Origin: Fibrobacteria bacterium
GTDB lineage: Bacteria > Fibrobacterota > Fibrobacteria > UBA11236
Direction of reading: 5' to 3'
Length of the DNA stretch: 41,324 nucleotides
Assembly: GCA_043732185.1 (NCBI GenBank)
Contig: JAYTHY010000019.1
Coordinates: forward strand, 1-41,324
Shown piece after piece: positions 36,498 through 41,324 of the stretch. Numbering within the stretch: the first letter of the stretch is position 1; the number at the start of each line of letters is the position of its first letter. The position numbers were made by a program, and so were the translations under genes. The notes under the pieces were generated by a model. The model saw only the letters and a list, made by a program, of their open reading frames with translations, had not been told where the DNA came from and did not search any database.

Positions 36498-37845
36498 TCG
36501 CACGACTTTCCACCGTCGGGTGGATTACACCCTTGACTTTCCAACGCAGGGCATCGGCTACATGCCATTGGTAATAGCGCCTGCGCGTGGGATTCATGGG
36601 GGACTCGTTAATTATGGTTTTACATGAATCTGAATACGCCTTGAGGGTTTTAATCGCAGAGGTGGGGGGCAACTCTCCTTCGCCCAACGTATCTTCGGTT
36701 TGATGCTTAAAACGTAGACCCTCGATCAAAACCGGATAGTAGGCGTAATCCCTTAAATCAAAACTGGAATCTGGGGCCAAGCGCTTTTCTGCTTTGGGAT
36801 TGATCAAGGAGTATTGATAACGGACCAAGTGGCTATAGCGCCTACTGGAAAAGTCAGCCGTCCGAAAAGCCATGATACGGTTGGCCAGTCTTTTTCCATT
36901 GGATTTGGTGTAAAAACTATCTGGATAAAACGACAATTCCTCATCGGTTTTGAGAAAGGTGTAATAGGCATTTTTTGGGAAAGTGGTTTCCAGGCTATGA
37001 AAGATTTGGCGCTTTTCACGAACCAATTCGTCGCCATAGGGTGAAAGAAATTGGATGAGGAAAAGTTGGCTGGCAATGGTGGTATATTGGCCATTGTAGG
37101 CACTCATGCGTAAAGCCGTTAACCCCGGCTTCATGGAAACGCTTCGACCGAATATTTTCAATGTGGCGCGCACAACCAGCGGAGCATTGGCGGCGGTACA
37201 ATTAAAAATACCTGTGCCCAAATAGCTGTCGCGAATGCGGGAATCTTTTTTTCGTGCTCGCTCGAGAAGTTTTAAGGCTTGGAAACCATCACTTAAGGCC
37301 TGGCTTGGATTAGAGTGGATTTTCAAGGTGGCCAAAAAGCCTTGGATTCCACCTTCGATAAGTAGGTAAGTTGACTGCGTGCTCTCTTTATCCAAAAAGG
37401 ATCGGCAAAGACTTAGGCCTTGTTCCGCATCTTCTTCTATGGCTTGGCGCAGGTTCTTTTCCGCGTCCTCATCTTCAAAATCACCGTTCTGGAACAGCAT
37501 CACATCGATGGCTATGGACAGTAGATAACTGAGAGGCGGCAAGTGTTTGGAAAATTCCATATGCTGCAAGGTTGTGAGTGTTTTATGGGCCTTTTGAGGA
37601 TTTCCGGAATAGGCTTCGTGCAAGGCTTGATGCGCCAACTCGTTTTGCTTGTCAGTCAGATCTGGATAGAGGCGGAGGGAAGACTCCGAGTCCAAAGTCG
37701 AGTCCATCCCTTCGATTTCAGGCTCCGACGATTCCCCATGGCTCAAAAGGATAGCTGCAAAGACAAGCAACATTACCAGGGGATTAAACCGCACGGTAAG
37801 CGGGATTTTGATTATTTTCAAAGAGAGAATCCGGAAAAAATTCAC
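36484..37845 (-). CDS. Hypothetical exported, helical (TPR-like) protein
   Basis: 453-aa ORF with a hydrophobic N-terminal segment and DSYLGTGIF; start uncertain. Confidence 0.7.
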   Translation of the reverse strand: MNFFRILSLKIIKIPLTVRFNPLVMLLVFAAILLSHGESSEPEIEGMDSTLDSESSLRLYPDLTDKQNELAHQALHEAYSGNPQKAHKTLTTLQHMEFSKHLPPLSYLLSIAIDVMLFQNGDFEDEDAEKNLRQAIEEDAEQGLSLCRSFLDKESTQSTYLLIEGGIQGFLATLKIHSNPSQALSDGFQALKLLERARKKDSRIRDSYLGTGIFNCTAANAPLVVRATLKIFGRSVSMKPGLTALRMSAYNGQYTTIASQLFLIQFLSPYGDELVREKRQIFHSLETTFPKNAYYTFLKTDEELSFYPDSFYTKSNGKRLANRIMAFRTADFSSRRYSHLVRYQYSLINPKAEKRLAPDSSFDLRDYAYYPVLIEGLRFKHQTEDTLGEGELPPTSAIKTLKAYSDSCKTIINESPMNPTRRRYYQWHVADALRWKVKGVIHPTVESRATTAR

Positions 37846-37906
37846 CTAAAACCAGGCCTGAAGGATTGGATATTGTTTGCGCCTAAAACATAACAATAAC
37901 TATCCT

Positions 37907-39319
37907 ATGGAGTCGCTACAGGGCCGATTGCGCTTGGTTCTAAAAAGGGCCATTGCCCTGGGTCTGCGAATTCTAGCCTCTTTGCACCGAATCGGCATGG
38001 ACCAGGATATCCGTTGGACTCGGAAATTCGCGGCGCGCCTTGTGCGCGTACTTGTCCTGGCCGGTATGAGTGTTCCGGTCAACCAAATTCCTGTTCGGGC
38101 TGGGGCCTTGACGTACACCTCCATGCTTACTTTTGTGCCCTTTGCGGTAATTTTGTCCGCCGTCGCCGGCCACTTTGGCTACCTGGATCTTTTACCACAA
38201 CTGGTGCATTCCTTGGCAGAAACCATGCATCTCGATATTGATTTGGAGCCAATTCTTTCCGTGATTCGCGTCGCTCAAAAGGTGAATTTTCAGGGGCTGG
38301 GGGTAGTGGGGAGTCTAGGCCTTCTATTCACTTTTTTTCTGTCCATGAGCAATATTGAAATGGCTTTGTCGCAGATCTGGGATATTCATAAAGATCGAAA
38401 GTGGTGGCGGCGCATCCAAGCGTTTACACCTTTTCTTATTTTGTTGATCCTGTTAGTGGTCGCTGCTGGCAGTCTCCTGCAAAAATACCGCAACTTTTTG
38501 GAAAGCAAATTTTCCGGTGTGGCCTCACCTGGGTTTTTACATGAAACCATCACCATCATCGGCACAATCGGAGTCATCGGTTTTGTCTGGGTTGCCTTAC
38601 TGATGGTTTTCTATATCATTCCCAACACCAAGGTACGATGGGCTCCCGCCATTTTGGCTGCTAGCCTATCTACCACTGGACTTTACCTGCTTAGTCGAGT
38701 CTTGGCGCATTTCCCGCAATTATTCTTTTCCAAAAGCAATTTCATTTATGGCTCTTTGGCGATTGTACCTGCACTGCTGCTTATGGTATATCTGCTGTGG
38801 CTAATCGTCCTTTATGGGTCGGCGGTCAGCTTTATTTATCAACGACTCTACCATTCCCGGGAAAAAACCTCGGACCCAGGCTCTTCGGAAGCCGCACCGT
38901 TTCATCGCATGGAGCGGGAAGTTTTTGAAGTGCTTCAGGCCATTCATACCCTTTCCGGTTCCAAGGCCATGGGCGGAAAATTGTTTGTTCCCTTGGAAAA
39001 ATTAACCAATGCGCTTTGGGATGACGCAAATACCATTGAGGCGCTCGCAGCGCCTTTGGTCGATTTAGGATTGTTGGCTAAGCGACGAATCCAGTCTGGA
39101 CCCGTGTATGCGCCGCGAAAAAAATTGGCCGAAGTGGATCTGACTGCGCTTCACAACTTGCTGCTCCGTCTGGATCCCGATAATCAAGGGAAGCTTCGCA
39201 CCTTAACGGCATTGGATGAATTGAAACACACCTTGGGCATTCTCTATTCTTCCGGAAAACGGAATCCCCCTTTGTATTTATCTACTGTGCTCGTTGACGA
39301 CACTTCGAATTCGAGGTAA
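37907..39319 (+). CDS. YihY/BrkB family membrane protein with C-terminal extension
   Basis: RAGALTYTSMLTFVP, IEMALSQIW, YIIPNTKV, IYGSLAIVP. Confidence 0.88.
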   Translation: MESLQGRLRLVLKRAIALGLRILASLHRIGMDQDIRWTRKFAARLVRVLVLAGMSVPVNQIPVRAGALTYTSMLTFVPFAVILSAVAGHFGYLDLLPQLVHSLAETMHLDIDLEPILSVIRVAQKVNFQGLGVVGSLGLLFTFFLSMSNIEMALSQIWDIHKDRKWWRRIQAFTPFLILLILLVVAAGSLLQKYRNFLESKFSGVASPGFLHETITIIGTIGVIGFVWVALLMVFYIIPNTKVRWAPAILAASLSTTGLYLLSRVLAHFPQLFFSKSNFIYGSLAIVPALLLMVYLLWLIVLYGSAVSFIYQRLYHSREKTSDPGSSEAAPFHRMEREVFEVLQAIHTLSGSKAMGGKLFVPLEKLTNALWDDANTIEALAAPLVDLGLLAKRRIQSGPVYAPRKKLAEVDLTALHNLLLRLDPDNQGKLRTLTALDELKHTLGILYSSGKRNPPLYLSTVLVDDTSNSR

Positions 39320-39321
39320 GT

Positions 39322-40107
39322 GTGCTGCTTTCCCATTTGCAATCCACTACTGGGTATGCGGCTTTATTCGCAACTGGAATTGTTGTCTCCTTCATTAATT
39401 CAATATCAGGAGGCGGGTCGGTTCTCAGTCTTCCAATTCTAATTCTTCTTGGCTTGCCCGCAGCCGTGGCCAATGGAACCAATCGAATTGGTGTACTGTG
39501 TGGCTCATTGGGCTCCCTCATCGGATTCCGCTCGCATGGAAAAATTCTGCCTAAACTGACCTGGCAAGTAGGTTGGCCGGCGGCCATTGGGGCGCTAGTC
39601 GGTTCCCTCCTGGCGGTGCGCCTTCCTGATAAATTTTTCAATCCCATTTTAGCCGTTGTCGTGCTCTTTGTCGTTTTTATGACGATAAAGCGACACCAAG
39701 TATCGGCACCTTCCACTGAAGTACCGATTTTAAATCATGGATGGGTAGCACTCCTGGCGTATACGGGTATCGGTTTTTACGGCGGATTTATTCAAGCCGG
39801 TTCGGGACTCATCATGATTTATGTATTTGGAAGGCTTAGCAATCTGGATATTTTTCATATCAATGCCTTAAAGGTTTCCAATACCATTCTATTCATTTCT
39901 GTTTCTCTCTTGACCTTTGCTGCGGCAGGTAAGATTGCTTGGCCAATGGCATTGGCACTCGGTCTGGGAAATGCGGTGGGCGGTTGGCTCGGCAGTCATT
40001 GGCAAATCAAGCAAGGGGAGGCTTGGGTCAAGCGCTTCCTAATGCTGTCTGGCATTGCCTTGGCTCTAAAACTGTTGTGGGATACGTGGTGGGCTTGGAC
40101 GAAGTGA
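39322..40107 (+). CDS. Sulfite exporter TauE/SafE family
   Basis: INSISGGGS, ANGTNR and GFYGGFIQAG motifs. Confidence 0.9.
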   Translation: MLLSHLQSTTGYAALFATGIVVSFINSISGGGSVLSLPILILLGLPAAVANGTNRIGVLCGSLGSLIGFRSHGKILPKLTWQVGWPAAIGALVGSLLAVRLPDKFFNPILAVVVLFVVFMTIKRHQVSAPSTEVPILNHGWVALLAYTGIGFYGGFIQAGSGLIMIYVFGRLSNLDIFHINALKVSNTILFISVSLLTFAAAGKIAWPMALALGLGNAVGGWLGSHWQIKQGEAWVKRFLMLSGIALALKLLWDTWWAWTK

Positions 40108-40143
40108 AGTGTCTGGAAAGGGCTAACTAACCAGTTTGTTCGA

Positions 40144-41324
40144 CTAATAATGTAGACTTGTTTCTATTCCCGCTATCGGCGATTGAAGGCTAAGGCCCGG
40201 TCGACTTTTCCAATTGTCAACGGCTCCATAACCAAGGAGCAACCTAATTTTTGCAAAGCGTCGCCATCGATACGCGGCACTGGCGATCATTTCATGGCGG
40301 GATTCCACTGTGCCGCCCAAAAAAGTTTTACGGGTTCCTTCTGTGGCGGAAAAGTGGTAATCGAATATGGAACTGCCTCTAGATGTGACATCCCTCTGCA
40401 TAAAAGCGTATTCCAGTCGGAGATCCAAATTCGAAATCGTTTGCTCTTCCCATGCCGCATGCAAGGCATGGGAATTGGGCGGCAGAGCACTACCGATTAG
40501 GCTGCCAAAATGTTGAAACTGATTGTCCTGCCGCAGATGTGAAAAAACCCAGGGTTCTACACGGGCATATTCCAGTTGCAGTAGAGAATTGTGAAATGGA
40601 AAGCCGACTGCTTCACCTCCTAAAGAAAAAGCAAATTTATTACCCCAGAATTCCATATCGTAACCGCTGAAATCGTCCAGTAAGAGTTCTCCAAATACCC
40701 GGTAGTGTCTGCCCATCAGCGCTTCCATGTCCATGCCTATGGCGATGTTGTCCCGATCGCCAAGTTGATGCTCCGCATATTTTAGTGGAACAAAAGGAAT
40801 AGCATAGGTCCAATCGAGTGCCCGACCCGCCGTAACCACCAGTTCTTCCACACCTAATCCAAGGAAAGCCCAGGGCCGGTATTCCAACCGATGCGCGACA
40901 ATATGGGCTAAAGAATCCACCCATAGGCCAGTTCTTTCTGCAATGATTTTGGTATAGGTAATTTGCCCCATCCGTACCGCCATTCGTAGCTGGGTCATAG
41001 GCGCTGCTTCACCCGGTCTCCGGTACCCTAGACGATACCCCCTTTGTGCCGAGGCTCCCGTAAACCCAACAGAATCGCTGGCGGGTAGAGAGTCTTGTAC
41101 CCAGAACCAGGGTGTTTGAGAAATAGCGGCATGCTGCCAAATACCCGGACCCCATTGATTCCAATCTGAACCGAATTCCAATCGGATGGCCTTTTCCTCA
41201 AAGCCGACAACCGTGCGGAAAAAATCCAGTGAACTGGCTTTGCGCGGGATTCCGGATTTTCCGGTTCGATCCGTATTGTATGGCATGCCGCGTTGTGGAT
41301 TGTAATTTTCAGTAAAGCGAGGAT
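40144..41324 (-). CDS. Capsule assembly Wzi-family outer membrane protein (5'-partial)
   Basis: HRLEYRP, DRDN, GELLLDD, EYARVEPWVFSH, C-terminal aromatic residue; frame open to the window edge. Confidence 0.7.
   Translation of the reverse strand, partial: PRFTENYNPQRGMPYNTDRTGKSGIPRKASSLDFFRTVVGFEEKAIRLEFGSDWNQWGPGIWQHAAISQTPWFWVQDSLPASDSVGFTGASAQRGYRLGYRRPGEAAPMTQLRMAVRMGQITYTKIIAERTGLWVDSLAHIVAHRLEYRPWAFLGLGVEELVVTAGRALDWTYAIPFVPLKYAEHQLGDRDNIAIGMDMEALMGRHYRVFGELLLDDFSGYDMEFWGNKFAFSLGGEAVGFPFHNSLLQLEYARVEPWVFSHLRQDNQFQHFGSLIGSALPPNSHALHAAWEEQTISNLDLRLEYAFMQRDVTSRGSSIFDYHFSATEGTRKTFLGGTVESRHEMIASAAYRWRRFAKIRLLLGYGAVDNWKSRPGLSLQSPIAGIETSLHY

Overview
Bacterial chromosomal window of about 35 genes. 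The lineage is probably Fibrobacterota/FCB; this is inferred from TAnnTTT-type promoter elements and short 'F-D/N-x-x-G-R/Q' C-terminal motifs on secreted proteins. The left end has a U32 hydroxylase-family gene cut by what looks like an ISL3 end. Next come envelope and signalling genes: DUF4062-TM-Sel1, a transglutaminase-like TPR lipoprotein, an AlgJ/AlgX-like acetyltransferase, a GT-C-like protein, EamA, a penicillin-acylase-family enzyme, a Ser/Thr kinase, an SDR and a GT2. A hydroxyproline catabolic region follows (cis-3-Hyp dehydratase, two KGSA dehydrogenases, Pyr4H2C deaminase, Hyp 2-epimerase, three-subunit D-Hyp dehydrogenase), then rarA, YihY, TauE and a partial Wzi. Main observations: (1) two secreted-protein cassettes (a GH16; an atypical subtilase plus two Cys-rich paralogs) each sit between ~70-bp direct repeats that copy the neighbouring gene's putative promoter, with no recombinase present; (2) two tandem aldehyde dehydrogenases are in frame, separated by one TAG, and the second has no canonical start codon; (3) an unannotated 55-codon leader peptide with terminator/antiterminator precedes the EamA gene; (4) the subtilase is frameshifted at a G9 tract and has one in-frame TAA.
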